A DNA stretch of 63,236 bases, the filler included, from Octopus bimaculoides (lineage: Eukaryota): NCBI RefSeq assembly GCF_001194135.2. It is 4 parts of 4 records of this genome, joined end to end, with 100 filler letters (N's around TTAATTAATTAA, not from the genome) between each part and the next. Parts side by side here need not be neighbours in the genome. Positions count along the whole stretch, not along the records: positions 1 to 18,837 come from NC_068990.1; 3 more parts are not named here. The stretch is one strand, 5' to 3'. Numbering within the stretch: position 1 is the first letter of the stretch; every line of letters begins with the position of its first letter. Under the pieces are notes generated by a model, which was given only the letters and a program-made list of their open reading frames with translations, was not told the DNA's origin and ran no database searches. The translations under genes and the position numbers were made by a program. This document shows, piece after piece, positions 1 through 12,706 of the stretch.

Positions 1-930
1 TATATATATATATATATATATGTATATACATATTTATATATGCATATAAACATCTTTCTCCAGCTTACATAACTTTGGTATCTTGCCTCCGTTTATATTT
101 CAATTCCATGCACATTATGTTTACACACATATTTAAAAATATATAATTATTCGCTTATATAGTTATGTATTTCGATAAGAGCACATATATACATATATGT
201 ACACCCCGCCCCACATGTATATATATATGCATACACACTTACATAAGTGTGTACATACTTACAAACACATTTTTATATATCTATATATAAGCGTCGGGTG
301 TACGAGTTTGTATGATTGTGTGTAAAAGAAATACATAGTTTTCGAAAACTTCAAATTTTACGCTTGTTTTATAGTTATATTACCAAGAATTTACCTGAAA
401 TGATTATTACAGCATAAAAATAAATAAATAAATAAATAAAATAAACTGATGTGTTTTAGGAGGTGATATACGCATTTGTGTATCTTAACATCTCTTTTCT
501 AACGTGAATATCTTTCTTTCTAAGTAACCAATCCTCTGATATCTTCTGATAGTGTTAGTTTTTACTGTTTTATTATCTTTTGGGAGGGTTTTTTTTTTCT
601 TTTCCATACAAAATCAAGAAAGAAAATATTTCGGAAAAAGAAAAAAAATTAAAAGATCAATGACACAAACATCAAAGCAAAAATCGGAATTAAGAACATC
701 GATAATAACATTACCGACCATCCTGATGAGAAAATCATGTTAATGATGATGATGATGCTGATGTTGATGATGATGATGATGATGATGATACTGATCATCA
801 TCATCATCATCGTCATCTTTTTCATCACGTCGTTGTCATCGTCATCGTTATCGCCATCATCATCGTCGACGCATTTGTCATCATCATCATCATCATCATC
901 ATCAACAACAACATAACTTTTGTAAAGTTA

Positions 931-1114
931 ATAATAATCCTTTCTACTAAAGGCACAAGGCCTGAAATTTGGGGAGGGGGCGAGTCGATTACATTGATCC
1001 CCAGTGTTTCACTGGTACCTAATTGATCGACTCCGAAAAGATGAAAGGCAAATTCGACGGCGAACTTAAGGACAAACGAAGTCTCGTTAAGCATTTCGCC
1101 CAGCCCGCTGCCTT
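931..1114 (-). mobile_element. SINE family A (tRNA-derived head, central GCCTTTCATCCTTTCGGGGTCGATAAATTAAGTACCAG block, (ATT)n tail), degraded copy
   Basis: Homologous to many copies in the window; tail ATAATAATCCTTTCTACT on + strand; head partly deleted. Confidence 0.85.
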
Positions 1115-1120
1115 GGGAAA

Positions 1121-1342
1121 GATAATAATCTTTTCTACTCTTGGAACAAGGCCCGAAATTTTTGGGGAGGGGGCCAGTCGATTAGATCGACCCCAATACG
1201 TAACTGGTACTTAATTTATCGACCCGAAAGGAAGAATGGCAAAGTCAACCTCGTCGGAATTTGAACTCGGAATGTAAAGACAGACGAAATACTGCTAAGT
1301 ATTTCGCCCGGCGTGCTAACGTTTCGGCCAGCTCGCCGCCTT
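1121..1342 (-). mobile_element. SINE family A, near full length
   Basis: Minus strand reads AAGGCGGCGAGCTGGCCGAAACGTTAGC...GAGTTCAAATTCC (A/B-box-like); head-to-tail with the previous copy. Confidence 0.9.
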
Positions 1343-1367
1343 TTTATGGAGTTAATAGTGATAACAA

Positions 1368-1743
1368 TAACAAGGAGATGCAGGGAACGCAAACCTCCGC
1401 CAAATCAACACCAACGTCCTCTCAACGATGATTTTAAAATGAGAATATCTGGAATAAACTCGTTTCCTCTCACAAACGAGAATATTAAAAATGAACCTGA
1501 CCACTCTCAAAAATTAAGTAAAAAAACAAAACAAAAAAAACGGGAAAAATAATTCAGAATCTTTGTCCGGTATCGGTTCGATCCCAAAATGTAATCAGTC
1601 CGTGCCAGACATGAGACTAAACATCCCTGAAAGTTTCATCCGTGTCCATCCAGCTGTTCTTGAGATATCTTGTCCACGGACAAACAAACCAACAAACACG
1701 ATTGAAAAAAAAAAATACCTCCGCCTTAGCGAAGGCGGAGGTA
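1368..1743 (+). mobile_element. Non-autonomous Helentron-like element (HINE/DINE-1 type)
   Basis: 5' TAACAAG followed by sub-terminal ACCTCCGCC (1393-1401); 3' perfect 12-bp hairpin TACCTCCGCCTT-AGCG-AAGGCGGAGGTA (1716-1743) containing its inverted copy; internal (CAAA)n. Confidence 0.7.
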
Positions 1744-1941
1744 ATAACCCTTTCTACTATAGGCACAAGGCCTGAAAATTTTGGGGAAGGAGCTAGTCGA
1801 TTACATCGACCTTAGTGCGTAACTTGTACTTATTTCATAGCAAAGTCGACCTCGGTGGAATTTGAACTCAGAATGTAAGGACGGACGAAATGCCGCTAAG
1901 CATTTTGCCCGGCGTGCTAACTACTCTGCCAGCTCGCCGCC
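1743..1941 (-). mobile_element. SINE family A
   Basis: Same head, body and tail; followed by (AAT)n at ~1950-1988. Confidence 0.9.
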
Positions 1942-1948
1942 ATAGTAA

Positions 1949-1989
<41 letters not shown>

Positions 1990-2272
1990 CCTTCAACTTA
2001 TGTCTGCAAAGCTACAAATTTGAGGGTGGTATGTGTGTAATCAATTAAGTTTCCTCACTCTCTCTGTCATTCGACGTACTTCATTGGTACTTTATTTTAT
2101 TGACCCGGATAGGATGAAATGTGAATGAAATCGATCACAACAGGATACACGTCTTAGAACGTAAAGTGACATAAATAATAATCAATAAATTTGGGATGGG
2201 GGAGGCTGGGTGAGAAAATAGGATTTGAGGTGCGGTATTGACGATTAAATCGATAACAAATCTTGACTGGTA

Positions 2273-2324
<52 letters not shown>

Positions 2325-2430
2325 ATGCCGGAAGTATGAAAGACAACGTATAAACCCGGATATGTTTCTCAAAACGTAGAAGACGGATATAAACACACAG
2401 AACATTTGTTCTGTTGCTCTTACCAGCCTG

Positions 2431-2672
2431 ATAATAATAATAATTTCAAATTTTGGCACGGGGACAGTAATTTCGGAAGGGGTGAGGGGATAGTAAATTA
2501 CATCGACCCCCCCACCCCCAGCATTTGATTGACACTTATTTTATCGACTACTAAAGTATGAAAGGCAAAGTCGATCTCGGCGGAATTTAAACACAGAAAT
2601 GTAAAGAGCCGGAAGAAATGCCGCTAAGTATCTTGTCCGGCGTACTAACGGTTCTCCCAGCTCACCACCCTT
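2431..2672 (-). mobile_element. SINE family A, older copy
   Basis: GAAAGGCAAAGTCGATCTCGGCGGAATTT block and ...CCAGCTCACCACCCTT head. Confidence 0.8.
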
Positions 2673-2712
2673 CATGAACTTCATCATAATAACTTCTGCA
2701 ATACGTTTCACA

Positions 2713-2928
2713 CAGTTCAATATTATTTAAGAGATGAGGAATTATGTACATTATTTACATTTGACGGATATTTGTCCTCATCTTGTTTGTTATTAAAACA
2801 ACGTTTCGGCTGATATACCCTCCAGCCTTCATCAGGTGTCTTGGGGAAATTTCGAACCTGGGTCCTCATATTCCTAAGGCATTTTTCGATGTAATTCTTC
2901 TTCTTCTTCTTCTTCTTCTTCTTCTTCA

Positions 2929-2961
<33 letters not shown>

Positions 2962-3091
2962 CCAGATCACAGCCTGGAATCGAACTCNNNNNNNNNNATT
3001 ATTATTATTATTATTATTATTATCCAGATCACAGCCTGGAATCGAACTCGGAATCTTGGGGTTAGTAGCCTGCGCTCTTAACCACTACGCC
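2713..3091 (-). mobile_element. SINE family D (tRNA-like head, internal (AAT)n/(AAG)n, hammerhead-containing tail)
   Basis: Minus strand GGCGTAGTGGTTAAGAGCGCAGGCTACTAACCCCAAGATTCCGAGTTCGATTCC (A box and B box); tail homologous to 3221-3367 and 48123-48247; includes a 10-N gap with duplicated edges. Confidence 0.85.
2795..2840 (-). ncRNA. Minimal type I hammerhead ribozyme motif (core intact, one stem I mismatch)
   Basis: Minus strand GACAC-CTGATGA-A-GGCTG(GAGGGTATAT)CAGCC-GAAA-CG-TT-GTTTT. Confidence 0.65.
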
Positions 3092-3103
3092 CGCAGACAT
3101 ATT

Positions 3104-3166
3104 GGCATAGTAGTTAAGAGTGCAGTCTATTAAACCCAAGATTCAGAGTTCGATTCCAGGCTGTGA

Positions 3167-3218
<52 letters not shown>

Positions 3219-3367
3219 TACATCGAAAAATACATTAGGAATAAGAACCCAGGTTCAAAATTTCCCCCAAGACACCTGATGAAGGCTGCAGGGTGCATCA
3301 GCCGAAACGTTTTGCTAACAACAAACAAGACGAGGACAAATATCCGTCAAATGTAAATAATGTAAAT
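3104..3367 (+). mobile_element. SINE family D, second copy, head-to-head with 2713-3091
   Basis: GGCATAGTAGTTAAGAGTGCAG...GAGTTCGATTCC head, (AAT)n, same tail. Confidence 0.85.
3271..3316 (+). ncRNA. Minimal type I hammerhead motif (core intact, stem I disrupted)
   Basis: GACAC-CTGATGA-A-GGCTG(CAGGGTGCAT)CAGCC-GAAA-CG-TT-TTGCT. Confidence 0.55.
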
Positions 3368-3682
3368 AAATTACGTTTCCTGTTTGTTTACAATACCAAT
3401 TGACCTGATTCTGTATAGCATTTAACTTAGAAAAGACAATTTTGGAATACACACACCCTTAGCGTTACAGCGAGCTTAATTTATGGGATTTTGTGTTTAC
3501 GTATATTTCAATCTATGACCAATTATTTCCGGATATGGTTTTTTATGTTGCCCCTGAGGAAAGCAGAGTGAATTTAAGAATTTAAAGTCTAGACATTCTC
3601 ATCCAAAAGGATGCTTGTAGGTGTTTTAACTAAGATCAAATTAAAGTTTTATAATTTAAAGAATCATAATGACGACCACACA

Positions 3683-3812
<130 letters not shown>

Positions 3813-4300
3813 CATGCACGCACATTTATATACATAAATACATACACACACACACATTTATATACACGAATACATATACACACATGCACACACATATATA
3901 TGTTTATATATGCGTAAATGTGTATGCATATATGTACATGCACATGTGTGAGCTTGTGTATTTGTATATTTTCTTTCGCCACATGAGTACTTATTTATCT
4001 AGCTAGCAAGTTATCTGTCAGTCTGCCAGCCTGTCTACCTTTCTATCTGTCTGTCTGTTTTTCCTGAGTCAGTGAGTGAGTGAATGAGAGAGGGAGAGAG
4101 AGAGAGAGTGTGTGTGTGTGTGTATGTGTGTGTGCACAATATTTCCCGATGTATTGAATGCGCTTTTGGTTTTTTAATAAATGTTCCAAAAATAGTCCTG
4201 CGTTCAATGTTGCCATGTTACAGATGAAGGACTGAATGTCGTAAGGTCAGGGAGCTGGATGAGCGCTATAATTTTCTGTTAGGCACAATAACTGTTACTA

Positions 4301-4740
4301 ATAACCCTTTCTACTATAGGTACAAGGCCTGAAATTTTCGGAGAGGGAACTAGTCAATTAATTGCTCGACTGGTACTTAATTTATGGACTCCAAAATCCA
4401 AAAGGAGGACAGGCAAAGTCGATCTGAGTGGAATATGGACGAAATGCCGCTAAGCATTTTGCCCAGCACGCTAACGAATCTGGCCGCTCGCCACCATTAT
4501 AATTCTTACTAATTATAAAATACTCTTTTTTTACTCTAGGCACATGGCCCGAAATTTGGGGGGAGGGAGCTAGTCGATAAGATCGACTCCAGTACGCAAC
4601 TGGTTCTTAATTTATCGACTCCGAAAGGATGAAAAGCAAAGTCGACCTCGGCGGAATTTGAACTTAGAATGTAAAGACAGACGAAATACCGCTAAGCATT
4701 TCGCCCGGCGTGCTAACGTTTCTGCCAGCTTACCACCTTA
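4301..4740 (-). mobile_element. Two tandem SINE family A copies (~4301-4495, ~4519-4740)
   Basis: Both show the CTTTCTACT tail, AAAGTCGA block and CCAGCT/CCGCTCGCC head. Confidence 0.85.
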
Positions 4741-5446
4741 CTTATAAAATATTGAAAAAAAAACAAAAAAAAAAACGTCAGAACATCGCGCTCTGTATCA
4801 CATCAGTTAAGTAAGTAGGCCCTATCATCTTATTATACATTCCTACCTAGCATACAAAACCCACATTATATATGCCTTATATTTCTTTGGTCACATGATT
4901 ATGTTATATATCTTATATTATTCAATGACTCTGTTACTTTTAAGAAACATTTTTAAGTACCGAAATGTATACTACTAGAAAGTTGAAAAATATTAAAATT
5001 TCATCCATCTGTCTACTATTTGCAATAAGTCGATGACAGTAAATTCAAAGCAGTGGTACGCCATTACTAATGGCCGATGGCTGTTAGATAAAACATTATA
5101 GCCAGAATTACAAGTTTTATATCCTGTGTGGAAATTCTCTTGACCAAAACAAAATCAAACTGCACAGCTGATCTGAAACATGATAAAGTTGGGATATGAT
5201 ACTTCCATAACGTAGTGTATTTATGATACATTTATGGTTTCATAAAAATTCCAGTATACTGTCACAGCAATGTATTTACATGCACAAAATCCTACATTTT
5301 CTCTCACAAAACCACTTTGAAATACTTTTAAATAAGCACATGAAGAAACGCTTAAATGTTTTTTTTTGCAAAATATACTTGTAAAATAAGAATGCGTCTT
5401 ATACGAGGGTGCATCTGATACGACTCAAATACGGTAAATGAAATTT

Positions 5447-5550
5447 TCACCACCACCAACACTACCACCACCACCAACACTACCACCACCACCACCACCA
5501 CCACCACCACAACCACCACTGCCGCCGCCACCACCACCACTACCACTACC
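5447..5550. repeat. (ACC)n imperfect trinucleotide repeat
   Basis: Direct reading; source of the poly-V and poly-G ORFs. Confidence 0.95.
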
Positions 5551-5929
5551 ATCTATCATCAATATAAACTCCATTACAACCACTGTCATTGCCGATGCAC
5601 TAACTCCATAATTACCAACGGCAACCACAACAAGATAAGCAACTCTTATTTATAAAGTAAAAATACAATGACACGAGTTAATGTTGTGTGCCCTAGTGTA
5701 TTTTAAAAGTTGAATGAAATCTCTTTGATCTTAGATCAATGGTGATTGACTTGGAACTAAACAGTAGCAAGAACACAATCAACGCGCACGATATGAATAC
5801 TGCTGCCACCAGCAATGCACCGCAGCCTCCATTCACGCCATCACCACCCAAACCAACACCAACACCAACACAAATATTATCAACACTACAACGTCACAGC
5901 CACTGCAACCTATACACGAACTGGCAGTA

Positions 5930-5981
5930 GTAATAACAGTATGTAATAACAGTATGTAATAACAGTATGTAATAACAGTAT
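5930..5981. repeat. Perfect 13-bp minisatellite (GTAATAACAGTAT)x4
   Basis: Four identical units counted. Confidence 0.95.
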
Positions 5982-6197
5982 GTATGATGGCAATGTTTGT
6001 AGACAATGAAGTTGTATGTCAACATAACGAAGTGTGTGTGTGTATGTATATGTGGGTGTGTATGAGAGAGAGAGAGAGAGTAGTGTATGGATTTTTTTAA
6101 CGACATAGTTGTAAGGAGTGAAGTGCTTCATGAACTTGGTAACTCCTCAACCAACTGAATTCATGCAGTACTTCTTTCTCCCACATCACTCTTTCAG

Positions 6198-6238
6198 CCT
6201 TTCCTATTCTCATTTCTATTCTATATTTATAGGTATGT
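6198..6238 (+). other. Candidate 35-nt micro-exon or AG|GTATGT recursive-splice-like site
   Basis: Pyrimidine tract + CAG (6195-6197), second pyrimidine tract + TAG (6230-6232), then GTATGT (6233-6238). Confidence 0.3.
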
Positions 6239-7289
6239 CAACCTTTTGCTCTCCCAAATGATGGGGATGCCTGCACGCACACACACCCGCGCGCACCCCC
6301 CCCCCCCNNNNNNNNNNGCACACACACACACATACACACGCTCGCACGCGACCGCGCGTACACACACACTCTCACTCACAAACACACACACGTATGTGTG
6401 TGTGTTTGTGAGTGTGCTTGTGTGTGTGTGTGTAAACTTCCTAATTTAGATATATACAAGCTTACATACAGAAACATACCCATACGCAGGCCTAAATATG
6501 TGTTTGTGTATGTGTGTGTGTTTGTGCGTGTGTGTGTATGTGTGTGTGTGTATGTGCGTGTGTGAGTGTGTGTGTGCAGGGAAAATCCCGAGAGAGAAAA
6601 TGCGAAACAATAAAACATGAACAACAAAATATCTACCTTGTGACGACGGAAAAGAAAAAATTATTGACGTTTCGGACATTTGTCATTTGTCACGTAAGAG
6701 GGAACGTGGAAAGCCAACAAAGGAGAAATAAGAAGCTTAAAATGCATTTTTCTATTAAAAAAAAAGTGGAGCATGCCAGACTTTGAAAGAAAATGAGTAG
6801 AATTAATAACTTCCACGAAGACATGGCAGATGCTAAGGGAGATAACCGTGAGGAGACTGTAGTAAAGTTTGCGTCTGTTGTATGAGAGAAACTGTATGTG
6901 AATGCGTGTATGTGTGCATGTTTTTTAGATGATGTGGATGTGAATAAGCCGTAACAGTGTGGTAGTACGGATAAAATATAATTATAGTAAGGTTGGCTGA
7001 ACGGGTCATCATAGAGTGTGGATGTAGATGAATGTGTGCAATAGAGCAGGGCATGAAATGTACATATGAATGTTTACCATTTTGTGCAGGGGTGGTAGAC
7101 GAACACAAGGCGAGTATTGATACATAGACACATACGTCTGTGTCCAGGTTGAAGATTAACTGTTATTTCCGTCAAGCCCAGGTATTGCACAAGGCCTAAG
7201 ATGTGGGTGGGGTGGAATGAGAAAATTAAAGAACAATGGGTATTAGTATTAGTCTGTTATACGTACAACTATGTTCTCTGAGAGAATCA

Positions 7290-7620
7290 ATGTGTCTCCG
7301 ACTCGTTCCCCTATATTCAATGCTTCACAGAGTTGGCATTTGATCAAGTGGCTGAAATTTCTGAGATTTAGTTGAAGCTGTCCAGGGCATTGAAATATCA
7401 TTTAGAAACGTAGAGTGATGTTATGAAATGGACGGACAATGTTGCAACGGGAGCGGGATAATGCGAAGAATCTAGGATGGGTAAGTTAAATGGTAAAGGA
7501 ACTATGAACCAAAAGATCCCCCAGGCTTTAATTTACCCTGTAGAAACAGAGTAGGCGTTTACAAAAAGTGAGGGAAGTAACAGTGCTGGATTAGAGAGAA
7601 GTCGAGGTTTCGTAAGATGA
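7290..7620 (-). mobile_element. Heavily decayed non-LTR RT remnant (CR1/L2/Jockey-like)
   Basis: Minus frames give PGGSFG (cf. PQGSVLG) and a correctly placed ...ISEIS...ANSVK segment; many stops and frameshifts. Confidence 0.3.
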
Positions 7621-8103
7621 TGTCCTGGAAATGGCAGGTGTTGGGATGGAAAGTACAGGAAGGGCAAATAGCTGTCAATAACGAGGACGTGACTGGGAGC
7701 AGTTCGATTACTGGTTGGGAGTATTACGATGAGGGATGTTTCCTCCTGTAGTCACTTTGCTATAATATTGAGTGTTTAGCGGAATTTTTCGAGCACTTGC
7801 TCAAAGATCTCTTGTCACTCTGTCACCATTTTTTGTCGAGTTCACAAGAATTCATTTTTTTGTCTTCCACTGACTGAATGTACAGGTTCCCAAACAGATA
7901 CTACAATGCATTCTATCCGGAGCTCAGGTGACTCTGCCAACTCAGCGATTCTTGCAAAATTCCACACACAAAAATGTGGGTATGCACATATGTGACTACG
8001 TATTTATGTATTCATATGTTTCTCGTTTCTTTTCCCCCTCTCTTTATGTATGTATGTATGTATGTATGTATGTATGTATGTATGTATGTATGTATGTATG
8101 TAT

Positions 8104-8476
8104 TCTTTTCTTCTTTTATTTCTTTCAGGTGTTTGACTGCGGCCACGCTGGAGCACCACCTTGAAGTGTTTCTGTTGAGTAATTCGACACCAGGATTTAC
8201 TTTTTTGAAAGCCTAGTATTTATACAATCGGTTTCTTTGTCGAACCGCTAATTTACGGAGACGTAAACACACCAACACCGGTAGTCAAGCGATGATGGGG
8301 GACACACATACAGACACTAACACAAACACACACACACATATGAAGAGCTTCTTTCAGTTTCCATCTACCCAAATCCACTCTCAAGACTTTGGTCGGCTCG
8401 AGGCTATAGCAGAAGTCACTTGCCCAAGGTACCACACAGTGGGACTGAACCCGGAAACATGTGGTTGAGAAGCACG
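8104..8476 (-). mobile_element. SINE family B (tRNA head, CORE-like ACCTTGGGCAAGTG block, central TA/TG microsatellite, AAAGAR tail)
   Basis: Reverse complement of the intact copies at 62064 and 62887. Confidence 0.9.
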
Positions 8477-8934
8477 TATGTTCATGTGTGTAGATGCATT
8501 GCATGTTATGTTTAATAATTTTAACACTTCAAACTGAACATGACACCCGTTATTTTCACGTAAACACCAATTTCCCTAAATCTCAGCTGACCTAAAACTA
8601 AAAACAACAACAAAAATAAAAACAAAAAACAAAAAAGTAGCAATTCGTATCCAAACTCTTTCTCAGTTTTCACGAGACCCTTCCCCTATCTCTTCGTCTT
8701 ATTCAAGCTAATTAATAAAATGGATGAAATTAATAAAATGTATGTTAAACTGAAAATGAATTAAAAAAAACTTTAATAAAAACAAAAAAAACTTTAAAAA
8801 AAATGAAACCTATTCAGTTGAGAATCGAAACCAGGTCAGCTATGCACAAGTGGAGACTCCAAGTGTAGCCATGTTGATTGATGATTGTAGTGTCTGTGGC
8901 GATAGCTGTGTTGCGTTGGGGATTAAAGAAAGAC

Positions 8935-8993
<59 letters not shown>

Positions 8994-9429
8994 AAACAAA
9001 TGGAACAAAACCAAAGGCAAAGGAAGAATGATTGGCAGTAAAAGGGAAGTGGGAGAGAAGGAGGAGGAGGAAAGATGTGATGGTATACAACAGACGAGAA
9101 GTGATGATATATAAGACAAAAAGATAGAGCCAACAAAGAACATATGGAGAGAGAGAGAGAGAGAGAGAGGGAGAGACAGACGGAGAGCGATAGATGTAGA
9201 AAGAGAAAGAGGGAGAGATAGAGACAGAGAGAGTACAGGGTAGCTGGTGTGTGTGAGTCGAGGGGTGAGGTGGGAGAGAAATATAGAAGGTAAGGTGGGT
9301 GCGTTATTATCGATGGAAGCTGAAATTGAGTGTTCTCAGCATGACTCATCAATGTGGAATGTTAAACTTTTCCCAACATTGAGGTTAAGCTAATTTCTCC
9401 ATTCAACAAAGTTTGTCTAATCATACACA

Positions 9430-9505
<76 letters not shown>

Positions 9506-10062
9506 CATATATATGCTTATAGATTGTCGAATCTAAAAAAGGATATCTGTAGAATGTTCTTTTTACCAACATATATGACATTGCTATATGTTGCTGCACA
9601 ACACACACCACGCAACACTATTATTCATTCACATTCACTACACACTACACAGCACAATAAATGACTCCACAACACAGTAATAGAGAACTGCACTGTTGTA
9701 CAACGGTGATTTTACTAGATGACACGTATCGATATTGCACGCATGAAATGCTGATACCTGAACTTGACTTGCTACATAGGTCTCTCTCTCTCTCTCTCTC
9801 TCACTCTCTCTCTCTCTCTCTCACTCTCTCTCTCTCGTTCTTTGTCTCTTTGTCAGTTAATGCATCACACCCCGCCTCTCTCGCGCCCTCTTGCGCCCTC
9901 TGTTATTTCTTTTCCTACTCATCTAATATATCTGTTTGCCTATTTGTTTTTCTCTATCAATATACATATCTATGAATCGATAAATCTATCTATTTAGTTA
10001 ACTAAATATCTATCTACCTAACTACCTATCAACTGTAATATCTCCTGGCTTATAAAACTACC

Positions 10063-10113
<51 letters not shown>

Positions 10114-10122
10114 CATCTATCC

Positions 10123-10165
<43 letters not shown>

Positions 10166-10198
10166 CATCTATCCATCCATCCATCCATCCATCCATCC

Positions 10199-10246
<48 letters not shown>

Positions 10247-11073
10247 CTACCTAATCATCAGTCAACTGACATCCCTCCTCACTACCTACCTACCTACCTA
10301 CCTACCTACCTACCTACCTACCTACCTACTTAAATGCCTACCTCCCGATATACCTATCAGTTTATCCATCCCTGTATCACGGTTCTTTATCTACCCCTCC
10401 TTCTCTCTCCCTCTCTCTCCCTCTCTCTCCCTCTCTCTCTCCCGCTCTTTCCCCCGTGTCTCTTTATCTCTCACTCTCATAGATGCACGTGCGCGTATAG
10501 TTGCCTTTGTGTATTCAAGCAAATGTACTTTTATACAATATTGGCATACATTAATAATACGCCATGCCGTATATATAATATCTTCGTATCACAGCATTTT
10601 ATACGCTATTCTAACATTTTACTTTTTTTTCTATAACATGAGGATTTTATAGAATACAACCGAGTTTGAAATGTCACTTCCACCCCTATTTTTCCATCTA
10701 AAACTTTTACTGAGTATCATTCTAATATACTCACTGTGTACGTCTTATTGACTTCTGATATTTTTTCCCGTTTTTTTTTCTATTTTTCAAAAAAAAATTC
10801 AACTTGCTTACATACATACATACATATATATCTATCTATATCCCACATTAATTTTACAAGAATATAAATAAAACATAAAAAAAGACAAACAAAGCTGGAA
10901 CTCTTTTAAATAAAATAATATATTCCTCTATACACGATCATACAAAACCCTTTTTTTTGTATTTATTTTATTCACATATATATCTATCTATATATACATA
11001 TATATATACGCATAAATATACACACATATATGCACACATACATGCAGATATATATATATATACATACATACAA

Positions 11074-11122
<49 letters not shown>

Positions 11123-12706
11123 NNNNNNNNNNNNNNNNNNNNNNNNNNNNNNNNNNNNNNNNNNNNNNNNNNNNNNNNNNNNNNNNNNNNNNNNNNNNNN
11201 NNNNNNNNNNNNNNNNNNNNNNNNNNNNNNNNNNNNNNNNNNNNNNNNNNNNNNNNNNNNNNNNNNNNNNNNNNNNNNNNNNNNNNNNNNNNNNNNNNNN
11301 NNNNNNNNNNNNNNNNNNNNNNNNNNNNNNNNNNNNNNNNNNNNNNNNNNNNNNNNNNNNNNNNNNNNNNNNNNNNNNNNNNNNNNNNNNNNNNNNNNNN
11401 NNNNNNNNNNNNNNNNNNNNNNNNNNNNNNNNNNNNNNNNNNNNNNNNNNNNNNNNNNNNNNNNATATATATATATATATAATTGTATAGTGAGTTGCTA
11501 ATTGAGTTTTGAGAAAATATCTAATGTACTTAGTAGAGCTAAAAAGGTAACTGCGTAAAAAAGATAATTTTTTTGGTTCATTTTCTTATTTTATCATTCT
11601 CTTATTATATCTCCAATATCTACCTATATTTCAAAGTCTTTCTAGTTTCATATTATTTGGGCTTATTCCATGAACCAGAATGCATGCTTTCCATTCTGTT
11701 CTTAATTATCACATCTTTATATCATTGGTTATTAGAAGATCCTCCATCGGTTTCGACGATGAACATTCCCGTTGTTCAGCCAACATAATTACTTAACTCA
11801 TTAGGTTAATTGTCAGAGAATTTAACAGATACTTTGTCAGCTTGACATTTAAGGTCGAACCCTTGAATCATAAGGTATAGTTCATCCGATGGGCTTCCAT
11901 ACAATTTCCCTCGACTCAGATTCACCCACAAGGCTTGTGTGGACTACATGCTATGATGCAAGCACCTGTTCATGGTTCTATGCAGTGGGATCGAACCTAG
12001 AGCTCAAGATTGCCAAGTAAACTTATTAGCTATTCGGCCATGCCTCCTACTCCATATGCATGCACCAGAATATCATAATCATATCTTTGCTTCATATCCG
12101 ACTGATGTATGTTGATAATATATAATCTACTGTTTCTTCTTTGTGTATGTGTTGGCTTGTTCACCTACTGAATATTGCTAACAAATCAGTCGTGTTTGTT
12201 GATATATTTTATCTTAACCAGGACCGAGCGACCGGAAATGAAGCTGTCCGTTATTCCTTCATATTGATTGCATTGTCTGACAGCTGACGTTAACGTCTTT
12301 TTTCTTTCGTAGTTTATTTATTTATGTGGCTTGAAGCTCTGAGTTCAAAAATCGCTCTTGGTTGACTTATTTTTGTCATACTTCCGAGGTCGATAAAATA
12401 AGTGCCACGCAACTACTGAAGGTCAGTGTAAAAGATAGTGCTCCACATCAAAAAGTTAGGCCTTGCGCGAAGATTAGAAACCATGATTTATCATTATAAA
12501 GACTTATTTATTCATATGACAGCGTTGCTTGCATTTGATTGTTACGGCATCAGACTACCAATTGTGAAGTGAATGACGAGATTTGAAAACGTCATGACTT
12601 TCAATCAAATCCACTGCAGAAAAGAGAAAGTCTATTTTTAGAATCACAAAACAAAGACCTCTTAAAAGCTGTCCACATTACCACCGAATGATATTCATAG
12701 ATTGTT

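Noticed and set aside
3040-3160. tRNA-like sequences (also the heads of families A, B, C and G)
   Set aside because: They have A/B boxes but no complete cloverleaf or acceptor stem and are fused to repeat bodies: SINE heads, not tRNA genes.
5402-5445. TACGAGGGTG resembling a mariner TIR start (also TATACCGTGATCGGCAAAAGTT at ~24909)
   Set aside because: No partner TIR or transposase sequence found.
8850-8930. Peptide CSVCGD resembling a nuclear-receptor zinc finger
   Set aside because: Lacks the following HYG/CxxC residues, has no good splice sites, and runs into (GAAA)n.
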